Assembly: GCF_006345805.1 (NCBI RefSeq)
Contig: NC_043000.1
Location: forward strand, 135,222,001-135,286,000
Source of the DNA: Octopus sinensis
Taxonomy: Eukaryota
Direction of reading: 5' to 3'
DNA: 64,000 nucleotides
Positions 51,080 to 64,000 of this stretch are shown one piece after another (within the stretch, counting starts at the first letter, position 1; each line of letters starts with the position of its first letter). A program made the translations under genes and the position numbers. Under the pieces are notes generated by a model. That model was not told the DNA's origin, searched no databases, and saw nothing but the letters and a program-made list of their open reading frames with translations.

Positions 51080-51371
51080 AAAGGCAAAGTCGACGTCGTC
51101 GGAATTTGAACTCAGAACGTAGCGGCAGACGAAATACCTATTTCTCTACTACCCACAAGGGGCTAAACACAGAGTGGACAAAAAAAGGACAGACAAACGG
51201 ATTAAGTCGATTATATCGACTCCAATGCGTAACTAATACTTATTTAATCGACCCCGAAAGGATGAAAGGCAAAGTCGACCTCGGCGGAATTTGAACTCAG
51301 AACGTAAAAATGGACGAAATACCGCTAAATATTTTGGCCGGCGTATTAACGATTGTGCCAGCTTGCCGCTT
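51080..51371 (-). mobile_element. SINE family B dimer (full copy plus short partial body)
   Basis: Minus-strand junction AGAGAAATAGGTATTTCGTCTGCCGCT. Confidence 0.85.
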
Positions 51372-52477
51372 TAATCACTCTATTGAATGTTATTCATACA
51401 AATGATTGTCAAATATACAATTCCTTTGATCTTAAGTAGGGTAAATTGTTACCTGCACAATACAATCAAAATTGCTTCAAATATTAGCGATTTTTTAAAG
51501 ATCATTTTTAGATATATATAAGAAAATATTGTTGAAACTTTGACAGAATTTTTTTTTCTGTTTTTTTTTGTAGATTGGAAAGTAGATCGATCTCACTAAT
51601 TTCTAACCTTAGACTTTCAGCAGAGAACGGATGACCATCTTCTACCCGCGAAGAGATTAGTATCATAGCACACTCAGACTGAGGCACAGTTAAACTGGTC
51701 AGTCCAATTTGCATAACTAGGTGTGCTTCATATTCTAAATTATCCCTAATCACCATATTGCATTATTAATTGTGTATAAAGGGCTACGCTATCCAATGAT
51801 GCAACATTTTTATGGAGGTACTTTGTGACTTGAGAGAGATGTCACTATTATTTCTAGCATATCAAACACTCGTAAGGAGGTTCTCAGTGAGGTTCGTTTC
51901 GGTAAAGATTGTATTTAATGCCACTTCATTTAATAAAATCCACTCATTGGTTACAACACACGCACGAAGAATTATGCCACAAACCGATTGGGTCATTGAA
52001 ATATCACTACGTATTTCCTTCATAGATGAGTAGGAGAGGATACATCTGGAGGATTTACTCCAGATGTATCCTTGTCGGGTAAACGAAACTATCGGTAATT
52101 AATGGTTTTGCAATGCCAGAAATGGACCGTTTAAAGACATCATTTCATCAATTTCGTCAACAATAACGTTCAGAAGAGTAAATATGATCTGGGAATAATT
52201 TCTTATTGCTGTAGTTATAGAATTGCAATTGCAAAAATAAAGCGGTTCACCAGCAAGAACTTATTTGCGATGTCGTAACGAAGCTAAGGAGCTAAAGGAC
52301 ATAACAGTAAGTTATATTTTAGTGAGGTATGGCTGTGTGTTTGAGAAGTTTTTTAGTAACTAGATGTAATTTCTTCAATGATCAAAACCATGATCTCTTT
52401 TTCAATATCCTATGTTCCAACAATACCTTATAAGTAAAATTTTGATAGATAGAGCAATGGAAGCCCATCTTGGAAAA

Positions 52478-52500
52478 AGTGTGTGTGTGTGGGTGTGTGG

Positions 52501-52562
<62 letters not shown>

Positions 52563-52575
52563 GTGTGTGTGTGTG
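52478..52575. repeat. (GT)n(GA)n compound microsatellite
   Basis: Direct reading. Confidence 0.95.
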
Positions 52576-54382
52576 TTTCTGTACATAGTAGAAACACATC
52601 TGAATAAAAAATTTGCTTGGTATTTTATTAAGACTGAGTTGCACAGACACTTCTTTGACATTTCCTCCATTGGAAATTCAATGAAGCATAGATTGGTGCA
52701 CAAAAAAAAAAAAACTATAAACAGCTGAATTAATGTTCACACACATACGCACGCGCACACACACATTGAAACACACGCATATATAAGTCTTGGTTTTGTT
52801 TACACATCCAATGGTAAGATATGAGCTTTTGGTTTCTTATCCACTCGGCTATCCATACTATAGTCACAATAATAAAATCTGTTGTTCGAGCTAACACATA
52901 TTTACATAATGATCGTCATAGAGTGGGAAACTAATCTCTCAGTTAACTAAGACTTCGAATTTGTTTGGATCCTATGCTGAAGTCGTTTCTCTTTACTTAT
53001 GCTACTTTAAACCCCCAGTAAAATGCTTTGAAATACAGAGTGTTTGCATCCAGTCAAAAGAATTTAATCTGTTCAAATAGTCGCATCAGAACACTGACCT
53101 TGCTATGTATGTATTGATAGTCTTATATTGCATTTCTAATATTAGTAGCCTGAAAGGTATTTTATGTAAATAAACGTTTACAAACTGACTGATTATCATA
53201 TTTCAATTAGCGAACAGGCTTTGTTGTGCACTACATATTTCTTTCAAATCCTTTACTAGGAAACGTAATTCTGGAAATATTTCACGGACAATCGTAGATG
53301 AATATGCGTATGTTTCCCGCAAAAAAAAAAAAAACATGTAGATTTTTAGTGAAAAAGGGTTAAGACTGTGGATGTTCATATTTTTTTTTCATTGGCATTT
53401 GCAATGTACTTAGATTGAAATGGCTTCCACTGCGAATTATAAACGTGTCAAGTTTGCCGGAAGTTTATCTCGACTATAATTACACTGCAATATATAAGGA
53501 TTCAACAAGAAATGGCGAGCACTGGAGAGGTAATTTTTCAGTGAGCTGAAACTATGATGTGATGCGAATTCTTAGCGTTAGAGATTTCACTGACGTCGTT
53601 TATATCACTGAAATGCACAAATGCTCCACAATCCTGTATGAAACAAATTCGAGCCAGGCACATAATTAGGATGAAAGCGGATAGGTTTTCGTTGAAGCAT
53701 ACATAGCACTAACGTACCACTCAATCACAATTTAAGCTGTAGCTTCTCTTCATTCCTATTTCACTTTCCTCTTTTATCTCCCCTTTTCCACCCTACTAAA
53801 CTTTTGCCTTATTTAGTTCTTCATATTATTTAAATAAATTTAAATTCAAACTTGTACTACACGAGCTACTCAGAATATAGCTCGAAACAATGCGGTAGCA
53901 TTAGTTACAAAAAAAGAAACAATTACTACTCGAGCCTACATACAGGTACCGTTGTTAAAATAAATATAAGTTTAAGACTCTAGATTCGGATTCTCTATCT
54001 TAACTCATACGATACTGCTAGCTCTTCCCACCAATTATCACACCAATCCTCTTTCACAAGAAACTTATATCTCACGCTGTCTCTCGTACCATACTCACTT
54101 CACTCTCCTCATTCACTACAATGACCTAAGTTTACCCCCTGTTTCCACCTTTAATTTGACCCATTCACTTCTGTTACACTTCAACTGTCTTATCACATTA
54201 CATCGCTACTCAGCCAAAGCAGCTTTATCTGAAACTAGATATTGCCTTATTTTTCATGACGATGTGAATCACCAAGCACCAAGTTTACTACACTTTTAGC
54301 CTTCGCTCCTTCCTTCAATGTTTGGTATTTTTTTTTATAATGAAGTTAATTGTGATATTCTTAAAGTAATGAATATATATGG

Positions 54383-54415
<33 letters not shown>

Positions 54416-54521
54416 GGAGAATTTCGCTTATCCCCACGTAGTGAGTTGTAATGCAATATATATATATAAAGGAAATACATAGTTTAATATATTTTATAAG
54501 TGAAACAATATTGCATTTGTG

Positions 54522-54549
54522 GACCGGTTTCGTTTTTGCTAGTCATCAC
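54522..54549 (-). ncRNA. Degenerate minimal hammerhead remnant at the PLE 3' end
   Basis: GUGAUGA-CUAGCAAAAAC-GAAAC-CG-GUC; C3 is mutated and stem II is broken. Confidence 0.35.
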
Positions 54550-54599
54550 ATTGAAATTATTGTAATTTCGTATTTTCTTAAACTTTTAGTCCATGTTGT

Positions 54600-54960
54600 G
54601 TGTGGAGAAGTTTGTGAATGAATGATTCAACAAGTATAAAAATCTAAGAGGAGGTGACCTGCACATTTCTCTATGTGTTCATCCAAAGAAATCCGTCTGT
54701 ATTGCGGGAACCGGATCTGTTCCTTATGTAGTGTGGTTCTCCGCCTGTGTCATATTTGTCTGACCTATATAATCATGTCCACAACCCGAACAGGTTATGA
54801 CGTAAATTAGATTGTTGGAAGCACAAGTGAAGTTGGTTTTAATTGTGAACCTCTCTCTTTCATTGAATAGGAATTCCGAGTCTTCCAGTAGATTGGAGCA
54901 TGTTCCACAGTTTGAGCGTCCACACATTTTAACCGTTGGTTACGTGGTTGTTGTGTAGAG
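54600..54960 (-). mobile_element. Penelope-like element GIY-YIG endonuclease fragment
   Basis: CGRSNCGTC...FTCASNNLIYVITCSGCGHDYIGQT, continuing after a frameshift as RRTTLHKEQIR...EHIEKCA; Cys-rich GIY-YIG typical of PLEs. Confidence 0.85.
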
Positions 54961-55007
54961 CTTCGCATTTACTAGAAGTCTTTTCGGCGATTTGTATTGC
55001 TTTTTGC

Positions 55008-55115
<108 letters not shown>

Positions 55116-55304
55116 AGTTTAAAAGGATATATATAATGCTGGCGGTTGCCGTGCTTCCTTTTAAATCGATTTCAGATGCCGGCTAACCACAATGGTCCTA
55201 GGGAGAAAATACAAATTTATACATAAATTATTAGAGAGTTACCACTATGTGGATAGCTCTAGTTCAACGGAAGGACAGTGAAACATAACGAATAAATAGA
55301 TTGA

Positions 55305-55378
55305 CCCTGAACAATTGTTTCATTACTAATGTAATATGTAATTTTACTTACATAAACATCTATAAATCATCAGCAGAG
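55305..55378 (-). ncRNA. Type-I hammerhead-like motif with palindromic loop 3
   Basis: CUCUG-CUGAUGA-[45-nt AU-rich stem II]-GAAAC-AAUU-GUU-CAGGG; 5-bp stem I, ACAAUUGU palindrome; stem-II closing pair is U.U. Confidence 0.55.
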
Positions 55379-58300
55379 GTTTGTCTTAAATACAATTTAT
55401 TAGACCAACACGAGCGTCAAATACACGTGCGGTTTAACCAATTGCATTTTTAGTTATGCCTTAAAATTCCCCGCGAAAAGCATGCTAAGACTCGTTGGAA
55501 ACGTATGCTGCATCAAATAAAATATTTACTGCCGCATAATTAAATTTATAAATTTATAAATGAGGGGGAAAAATTGATATTAATTTAATAATACCATTAA
55601 TATATATATAGACACTTTTCCCCACCCCCAGTTATCATGAAGATAGCATAACAGAAACGATATAGTTGTGTTTATATCTCGTTACGTTCTTTTATGTTCT
55701 AGGTTCAAATATCATTAGCGCCGTCTTCACTTTTCTACAGTTAAAATGCATCACTTTGTAGTTTAGTTTGGACGGTGGGGCTCCAAAAGCGGCAGAGAAC
55801 CATACTTAATAAATTTACATTTAGTTATGTCGCTTTACATCCTGAATATAAATCCTACCGAAGTCAGTTTTCATTTCCTATCATTAGAGTCATCCACTAT
55901 TAATCCCTAATAAATGTGTAGTTTTATGTCAATGTAAGGAACAAAATTAAATGGAGGAGAAGGGATTAATAGTAAATATACTCTATTAATGTTATTTTTT
56001 ATGTCTAATTTTTGGTTTATGCATCCGAATGCGCAAGATGTGATCCATTTCCGGTTAGCTTCTTTCTAAAATAACATATTTTCCTTTAAAATTTAGCAAT
56101 ACAAAATGGGAGATTCCGAGGGTGGGGGTCATTGGTAATATAAATGAGTTGAATATTCAGTTCAGAATCTATACTAGTCGTGTTCGAAATGCCAGAAAAT
56201 AATCCATCGCGGTAACAATATTGGTATTACATCAGAGAAATAAAAAGATAATGAATTTCAGTGTTAAGGATTTCCTCGTAAAAGGTGAGTGTGAGTGAGG
56301 GTTTTTACTTTAAACGAACAGTAATGCATCTCTGTTTCACTCTGCAGAGTAGTCAGAGATAAAATCCAAATTCAATGAGTAGCTGGACGAGGTGGTTATA
56401 GACACTGAGGTAAAGTTTATTACTGAAGTAGTTTCGTTATTTGATTTTTCAAATCAGGACACTAACGTATCATATGAGGCGTTTAGTAACAGACCGTCGA
56501 AAGCGCCACAACTTAAAAACCGAGAAAAACGCAGTCAAAGTTTCGCGACTTTCAGAATGTGATATCTTGGCAAAGAATAAAGTTAGGAAGCTGGTTTTGG
56601 TCATTAAAATAATGACCACGAAGACATTCTCTAATCATTCCACCTGTGTAAAATTATTTATTTATGTATGCATCTGAAAGAGGGACTGCGTCTTTCTCAT
56701 TTTGCAGAATATACCGGTGCTACAAAACCTCAATAGCATCGAGGTACAATTTTTTCGACCTTATTGCAAGTCTCACCTGTTTTTCGTCTCAATTTTTCAG
56801 TATTCTAGACGTCGAGACAAAGAAAATGATATACTAACCTAGAAAATGGCTAGTATGGCGCGTACGACACTCTGTTATTAAACGCCTCATATAATTACAA
56901 AGTGCTTCACTACTTTGTACTTCTGCAAAAAATAATAGGTAATTCCTTCTTATTAAAAATCTCTTCTACCCACGATGGTGCTCCAGCATGGCCGCAATCG
57001 CATGGCTGAAACGAGTAAAAAAAGAATAGGCACAATGTCTGAAATTTTGTGCGTAACTGGTACTTCTCACCTCCTTTTTAATAATACCCTAGTGTCTTAT
57101 AAAGGGAAGGGCAATGTAGCTATAATCGTACCAAAAGCTTGAATGATTACGGCTGTGTTGGCCCTGATCATTTATCAATTCGATTAGCGCAAGGAGCCAA
57201 GAACTTCATTTATAAGAACTACTTATTTATAGTCAGATATACTGAATTTCAAAGTGCTGGTGCCGAGTTAGAAACAGTCCAAAAGTAAACGTCCGGCTAA
57301 TTTTAGATGTAATTTTCGGAGTATTTTTGAAAGAGAGAGACAGAAACAGAGAGTGAGCATGTAAGTAAAAGCTATGTAGCAGTAAATTGAAAACATCTGC
57401 TTTCTTGGTGAATGTATTTGTGTAAGGAACAGTAACTGAAGTGAATGAGCCTCCTGCACGAAATCGAAACCGTGATGACTATGTTCAGAATGAATCTCCT
57501 CATAGAGTATGCTACTCACTTCAATAAAAATAACTTCTTACCCCAGGCATGAATTCTCAGACAAATAAGTTTTCGTATAGAGCGTAATATGTAAACAACA
57601 ACTATCTTGTTCATAGCCATATTAGATTTCCCCCAATTTTCGTATACTTCTCAAATAAAAGACTTCTTTGTATATGTGCACGCACGCTGCAGTTGTATAA
57701 TGTGGACTATAAGTATAAATAATATACACTGTCCGTGCGTGTAACTATGTAACTGAACACAAACACACGCACTTGTTAGTATTATCAGATTGGTGTAAAA
57801 TGCACTAAGGTGAAGGAAAGTACTCAATACTATTGTGGAATTGGCTCGGTCGGAATATTTACTCAACCTTTTTTGTTCCTGATCTCTGATCGCCTGAGAA
57901 TTGGAAACGGGACACATTGAATAGATTCAGCTTGGAGCGAGTGCGTACGTACACACACACACACACACTTTCTGAAAGAGACTGTGCGTATACTAACATC
58001 ATCACATACATAAGTTTCCGCGCACGTAATTTCAAATAAGATGTGTTTTGATATCTAAGCAATAATGATTTTAACCTCCGTCATATCACTAGTAACAGAA
58101 CACTACGCCGTCTGTATCTAAACACTTGGAATGTGTCTTTGTTTGGACAAAGTATGGTCCTTGTTCTTGCTACCCACTATCGCTACCATCACAGCAAACA
58201 ACAGCAGCAGTCATGGCAGTGCTATGAAGGAGAAAATATACTCGAAATGTAGGCTAATTATCTGCTAATTAATAGAGGAACTATTAATTTTTCCAACTTA

Positions 58301-59674
58301 ATAATATACAAACATTTGCTGAGATTGTTTTCCCCCGCTTTAGGCGCTTTGTCAATATATTCGTTCACATGTACGAAACCGTACACTCAAAGAAATTGGC
58401 CACTGATAATATTTTGGTGGTAGGCACGAGGGGGAAATACGAGCAGGTTACATTCATAACAAGTTTCTTTGAGTTTCTATCAACCAAATCCACTTACAAG
58501 GCTTTGGTCGACATGGGGTTATAGTAGAAGTCACTTGTCCAATGCACCACATAGTTGAACTAAACCCTGAAGTTTGAAAGCAAACGTCTAATCACACGGC
58601 GACGCCTTTTGTATATTAATTAGCGTTGGATAACAGAATTGCTTCTAAACAAATTATTCCGAGATAACATCAGCATGAAAAACTGTAGCTAACTTAGTGT
58701 TAATTTATTTAAGGTAGGGAGTGCGAAAAACTAATAGAAAAAAAAAGGAAACCTTCAGCCGAAAGTTAATATGTTTAAACGTGGTGCGGAAAGCTGACAG
58801 AAACGTTTTACGTTCTGAAGTCATATAATAGCAACGATATGTGCAAATATTTACGCATGTGTGTGTGTGTGTATGTATGTGTGCTGGGCTTCTTTCAGTT
58901 TCCTTCTTTCGAATTCATTCACAATTCTCTGGTCAACGTAGAGCTATAGTGGAAGACACTTGACAAAGTAGCTGCACAGCCAGATTGAACTCGAAACTAC
59001 ATAACACGGAAGCCAATTTCTTAACCACGAAGTGATATTTGTGACCTGAATCATTGTACAAGTAGCATATTTATAATGGTTTCTTAATGAAGACGTAAAT
59101 TTATTGTTCTTCTTACTCATCCTTTATTCAACTGAGGCACTGAGCGTTTGAAAGAAATATATATCAAAAGCCTAATTGATCTTTTTTTGCCTCAGTTCAG
59201 AAGTCAACGAGAACTGATTGTGCTTAAGTTGATATTTGTTATGAAGGCGTGTAATAAGTGCTTGTTTTAATCTAACAGAAAACGGAAATTAATATCTATC
59301 ACCCTTATTCCTGCAAAAGTGTAGATATTTTTCAGAAGCTAATATGCTTTAAAACTTAGCAAAGTAAACAAATCGAAAACCTTATATTTTTAGGAATTTA
59401 ATTCCCATTCTCTTCACGTTGAGACAACATATGGCATGGTTGGTTGTCTTACTATAAACAAATTATTTTAAGAGGATCGACGGATTGTTTTGTAATGGAT
59501 CTTGGTTTTGTGGTACAAGAAATATATAATCACTGAAAATCATGAAAGTTGTTTTATAAACATTCTCTTCAGAAAGATATCATTAACGGCAGATCTTGCC
59601 AGGTCTCTTGCGATTTCAAAAGCTACAGGTTCGCTCTTCTCTATATGAGGCGAATCTGAAACGAACACAGAAAC

Positions 59675-59676
<2 letters not shown>

Positions 59677-59745
<69 letters not shown>

Positions 59746-59823
59746 ATTATTATTATTATATTATTATTATTATTATTATTAATATTATTATTATTATTAT
59801 TATTATTATCATTATTATTATTA

Positions 59824-59911
<88 letters not shown>

Positions 59912-59919
59912 TATTGTTA

Positions 59920-59968
<49 letters not shown>
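59677..59968. repeat. (ATT)n/(ATC)n microsatellite
   Basis: Direct reading. Confidence 0.95.
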
Positions 59969-59969
<1 letters not shown>

Positions 59970-60585
59970 GGCTCCATCACCTTTACCCATTCTAACAATT
60001 AATTTTTTTAAAAATAATGACTGGGGAAAAAAAAAAAGATTTTAAACGAAATGGAAATTTAATTTCGCTTTCGGAAACTGGCATTTTCATTTGGGACTAC
60101 CTCCGAATTTTTGGTTAACGTAACCGTGAGCAGTTGTTTTGTCTAATATTTTTCTGAAATAAATGAAACTGAATGTTTAAAATCCCAGCTGCGAGATGTT
60201 AAGTAAAATCTCGGCTTATTTAACTCCATATGAACTTCATTTTGTATCTCAAGATTAGCAGCAAATTCCCGAGTAACGTATTTTGATAATGAGACCTTAT
60301 GTATAGCCACATTATTCTAAAGTTCTGCTACGATACTCAACGCCATCTTTGCGTCTCTCAAATCCTCACTGAAATGTTAGTCAAGAGTCAGTTGGTCACT
60401 TGGACAAGTATAATCTCTGACCTATATCACAGTTGTGAGCAGAATTGAGTCATTGAAAAAGTTATGACTTCGTATACATAGAAAATAATACCCTGGCTTC
60501 CTGTTTACTCGGTTTTCAAGCAATCATTTGAGGAATCCTTACTAACTATTCGATAATTAAGATAGTTATACTTTACCTTCTTTGT

Positions 60586-60935
60586 GAAGGCGCATGGCTC
60601 AGTGGTTAGAGTGTCGAACTTACGATCGTGAGGTGAGTTCGATTCTCGGATCGGGCTGCGTGTTGTGTTCTTGAGCAAAACACTTTATTTCACGTTGCTC
60701 CAGTTAACTCAGCAGTAGAAATGAGTTGCGACGTCACTGGTGCCAAGCTGTATCGGCCTTTGCCTTTTCCTTGGATAACATCGGTGGCGTGGAGAGGGTA
60801 GGGGGGTATGCATGGGCGACTGCTGGTCTTCCATAAGAAGTTGTGCGTTTGCCGGTGAGGTGACTTTCCACCCAGACTTGTACCCAGGAAGGGAAACTTT
60901 TAGGTGCACCCATGATAATTAGTGACCGAACGGAG
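60586..60935 (+). mobile_element. SINE family C (older copy)
   Basis: GAAGGCGCATGGCTCAGTGGTTAGAG head; body matches the other family C copies. Confidence 0.85.
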
Positions 60936-63442
60936 TCGAGTTGAGAGTTTTACTTTACCTTTAGATTCCATTAACACGAATCTAAAGATATATGCACTTT
61001 TGTACACGAATCTAAATGTACATGTACATGCACTTTTGACAGAAGAAATTAGTGATAATTTAGCAGTAACATTTTTTATTCTATGTATTTTCTTATTTAC
61101 TCCAGAAGCCTTTACAAGATTAGTGGAGTTTTTCTTTTTCTGCATTTCCCCAGAGAGCCAGCTGAGTGGGTAGCGATTCTATTTTTTAGATACTCAGATA
61201 TCACAAGTTACTAAACAATTCACCCAATACACACTGTGATGCATAGTTCTTTCTTTTTCTTTTTTTAACAAAATCAAAATTCTGTTTTTGTAATGTGGGA
61301 GGAATAGAAATTAATTCTACCAAATCGAAATGTTAGTGCCCAAAACCTTCTAAACTGTTGATAGGAAATATCAATCTTAGCCCATATTTTGTCCTTATTG
61401 ACTTGACGGCCATAAAATATACACCTAAAAAAATTAAATTTATCAGATTATTTTTCTATTTTATCTTATTTTATTTAGTTTCAGCTCACAAGCTGTGGCC
61501 ATGATGGGGCACAGCCATTTATATTTTAATAAAGATGAAATTTTTTTTAGCTCTTGTATCATAAACATATGTAACTGGAACGCTGCACCTCTGAGAGTTT
61601 AAATATTTCTAATTTATCTTAATAAAAGTCCAACAATCATAAAATCAATTTGAGTAAATACTGAAATTGATTATCACATGAGATCGATGCCAACATCGAA
61701 AATAGATTGGAGAAAAAAAAATGTATCAATGGTCGGCATAGAAGCAAAGCACGAAATAGGAGAACAGTAAATAAATAAGAGACTGTATAATTAAATATAT
61801 TGTTAGTTGGCCTAATTTGCCAAAGGTCTTTGTTTTATTTGGTGTTTTGTGTTTGGTATATATTGATGACTGTCTTGCAAATTTTTTGAATTTTATGACA
61901 TCTTAATAAGCATATTCCCTTCAATATAACTAGCAACATCCATCTTTATCATGCAGCTGTACAAATTGGGTTTCGTATCATCTTCATTAGTAGTACATTG
62001 TCTTCAAGCATTGGTACGAGAGTTACTGTGTCAAATACTTATATTAACTGTGATATATAACTTGGCATTTACTTGTGTTAAATTTTATTATTAATATTAT
62101 ATAAATAGATTTCAATCTTGAGTTGTTATTGTTACAGAACAGCTCCCATCAACTTGGCCCTGAAAAGGCATAAAAATTAAATGCGACTTTTCTTTCCAAT
62201 TATATTGAAACTGAAGCTGTAACAGTTAAGAATTCCTGTTTCATTCTTTAAGAGTTTCGAGACAATATTTTGTAAAGTAAGCTTTGTTCAGGCCTGTCAC
62301 TTATAGCTTGAAAATTAATGTATCATTTCTTGACTCATCGGAAACAGTCAGTAATAAAATTCGAAGTCATATATTTCGCTCACAGGTACTATAAATTCCT
62401 CAGAACTCTGAAAATTGCCGTTTCTAGTTGCTTTCCCCACATTTTATTTTTTGTTTTGCAGGGAGCTAATCTCTCAATGCGCACGCGCACTATCCTGTTT
62501 GTACAACACACAAGAGTGGAGGTTTCTCCCGTGGTGTAAGCAGACAAAAGAGCGCGTGTTTTTTCTAGCACTCCTGCAAACGTCTGATGTTTCTGAGCTA
62601 CAGAACCTACCATCGTATCTTTTTACTAAAGGCAGTGGGTTTGTCTGTTAAAATATTTACACAAGCTTCAGGATACATGATTTGAGGGACATTTGGGTGA
62701 TTCATACCGAAAATATAGAAACAGCTCGTCTTCTTTCCGCTGCCTCTCCCTTCTCTCTCTATCGCCCGCCCCACATTTCATTTTATTTATTATTATTTTA
62801 CTTTTGACTTTTAAGGTTTCCTAATTCACAAAACAGCCTGTTCGAAACTTGAAATATCTTTAGTGTCACTAAGATGTTTTTCTTTTCGTTTGATTTCCTC
62901 TTAGTTTTCAAAAGTTTTTTTACTTTCGCTACTTTTTTCGTCTTCTTTTTAATGAACCCGAAACAAGTAAACAAAGGATAGGGAAGTGAAATGTTATTAA
63001 AGAGTTATAGTTTATTGGACCCACGAATATTTATGGCTGCACTTATTTTTATATTTTTCAAATTGCTGGAGGTGTTGTTGATTTATTATTAGGATCAACC
63101 TAGAAACCTTTTGAACGTTCTCATTTTTACACTATTTGTATTACTAGTATTTCATCGTGTAAAGTACAAGGAGTGTATGATAAAGCAACAAATACTATAG
63201 CAAATATTTCTACCAAAAATATTACTGCTTTCATACGAAAGAGGGGAAATGTGTCAGTGTTTGCAGAAAATATATTTACATTATGCAAGGTCATTGCCAA
63301 AGAGAGTAACATTTGTCTTTATTCAAAATGAAGAATTATTTCTAAATATTTACTCATATTTCCATTTTCTCTGCTCGGTCTGTTAATCTATTATTGACAC
63401 TTTAAAAATATATAAATTATGTACTTTTTTTTATTCTTTCAG

Positions 63443-63618
63443 ACGATGCAGCATCAGATTCATTCAAATTAAACTTCAATGTGAAACCTAGAAAAGAGAG
63501 GACAGCTTTTACGAAAAATCAAATACGCGAATTAGAAAATGAATTTTCACGACAAAATTATTTGACCAGATTAAGACGTTATGAAATTGCTGTGTCTTTG
63601 AGTCTAACAGAAAGACAG
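63443..63618 (+). CDS. Mox: Internal homeobox exon of mesenchyme homeobox (Mox/Meox)
   Basis: Polypyrimidine tract and AG at 63441-63442; GTAAGA donor at 63619; 176 bp, phase 1 to phase 0; encodes ..[69 protein letters not shown] and [13 protein letters not shown] are Meox-diagnostic, and the intron after ERQ matches vertebrate MEOX. Confidence 0.95.
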
Positions 63619-64000
63619 GTAAGAAGAATTCTTTGGCGTACGCATAGATACACAAACGCAGGGTGGTATTGTAAAATCCCTGTTTAACTACGATGAATTC
63701 AAGAAAAACATGATACCGATTTTTTTTTTTTAGAGTTTAACAAATGAAATTACCAATTTAGCTTATTTAGAAAATTTTTATTAAGTGACGGCAAACATAA
63801 CTTAACAATATAAAAGCATTATTGAAAAATTTTCAGCCCACAATAAAAAAAAAATCCTTGTGTATGAATTATATATTTCAGTGACTTTGACGAATCGTAT
63901 CTTCCACACGCTCATAAATAACCCTATATAACTGTTTGAGCATATTAATATCCACTCGTTGTATTTCAAAGGAAATTACTAATGAAAAAATAAATAGTTG

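Noticed and set aside
60130-60330. Possible second hAT remnant (FSEINETE..SQLRDV)
   Set aside because: Single weak motif with no TIR or neighbouring motifs
63619-63687. ORF-track extension [11 protein letters not shown]... after ERQ
   Set aside because: Read-through into the intron; helix 3 (VKVWFQNRR) must be in a downstream exon not seen in the window

Overview
AT-rich, microsatellite-dense eukaryotic DNA, most likely octopus (coleoid cephalopod). The species call is inferred from the SINE families and composition, not from a database search. The only host coding sequence I can support is one internal homeobox exon of Mox/Meox at 63443-63618 (+). It has a phase-1 acceptor and the donor falls after ...LTERQ. 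I found no first exon, so most of the window may be a very long first intron. The rest is transposon-derived: many tRNA-headed SINE copies in at least 4 families, a canonical non-autonomous Helitron, hAT MITEs with 8-bp TSDs, two mariner remnants, a decayed Buster-type hAT, a Tx1/L1 RT fragment and a Penelope-like (PLE) GIY-YIG fragment. Almost all listed ORFs are microsatellite or SINE artefacts. Three hunt results stand out. (1) A set of type-I hammerhead-ribozyme-like motifs. The best is a near-complete inverted pair at 28906-29005 (-) and 29308-29408 (+), with a palindromic stem III, inside an inverted plus partial-tandem PLE-LTR-like structure. Further motifs lie at 40669-40767, 55305-55378, 54522-54549, 28715-28739 and 2235-2259. 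(2) A TIR family with GGGATC ends and a 6-bp (or 4-bp) TSD, present twice, that I cannot assign to a superfamily. (3) A cluster of local templated or inverted duplications between about 20 and 30 kb. All structures were read by eye. No folding, alignment or search was run, and SINE and remnant boundaries are approximate.
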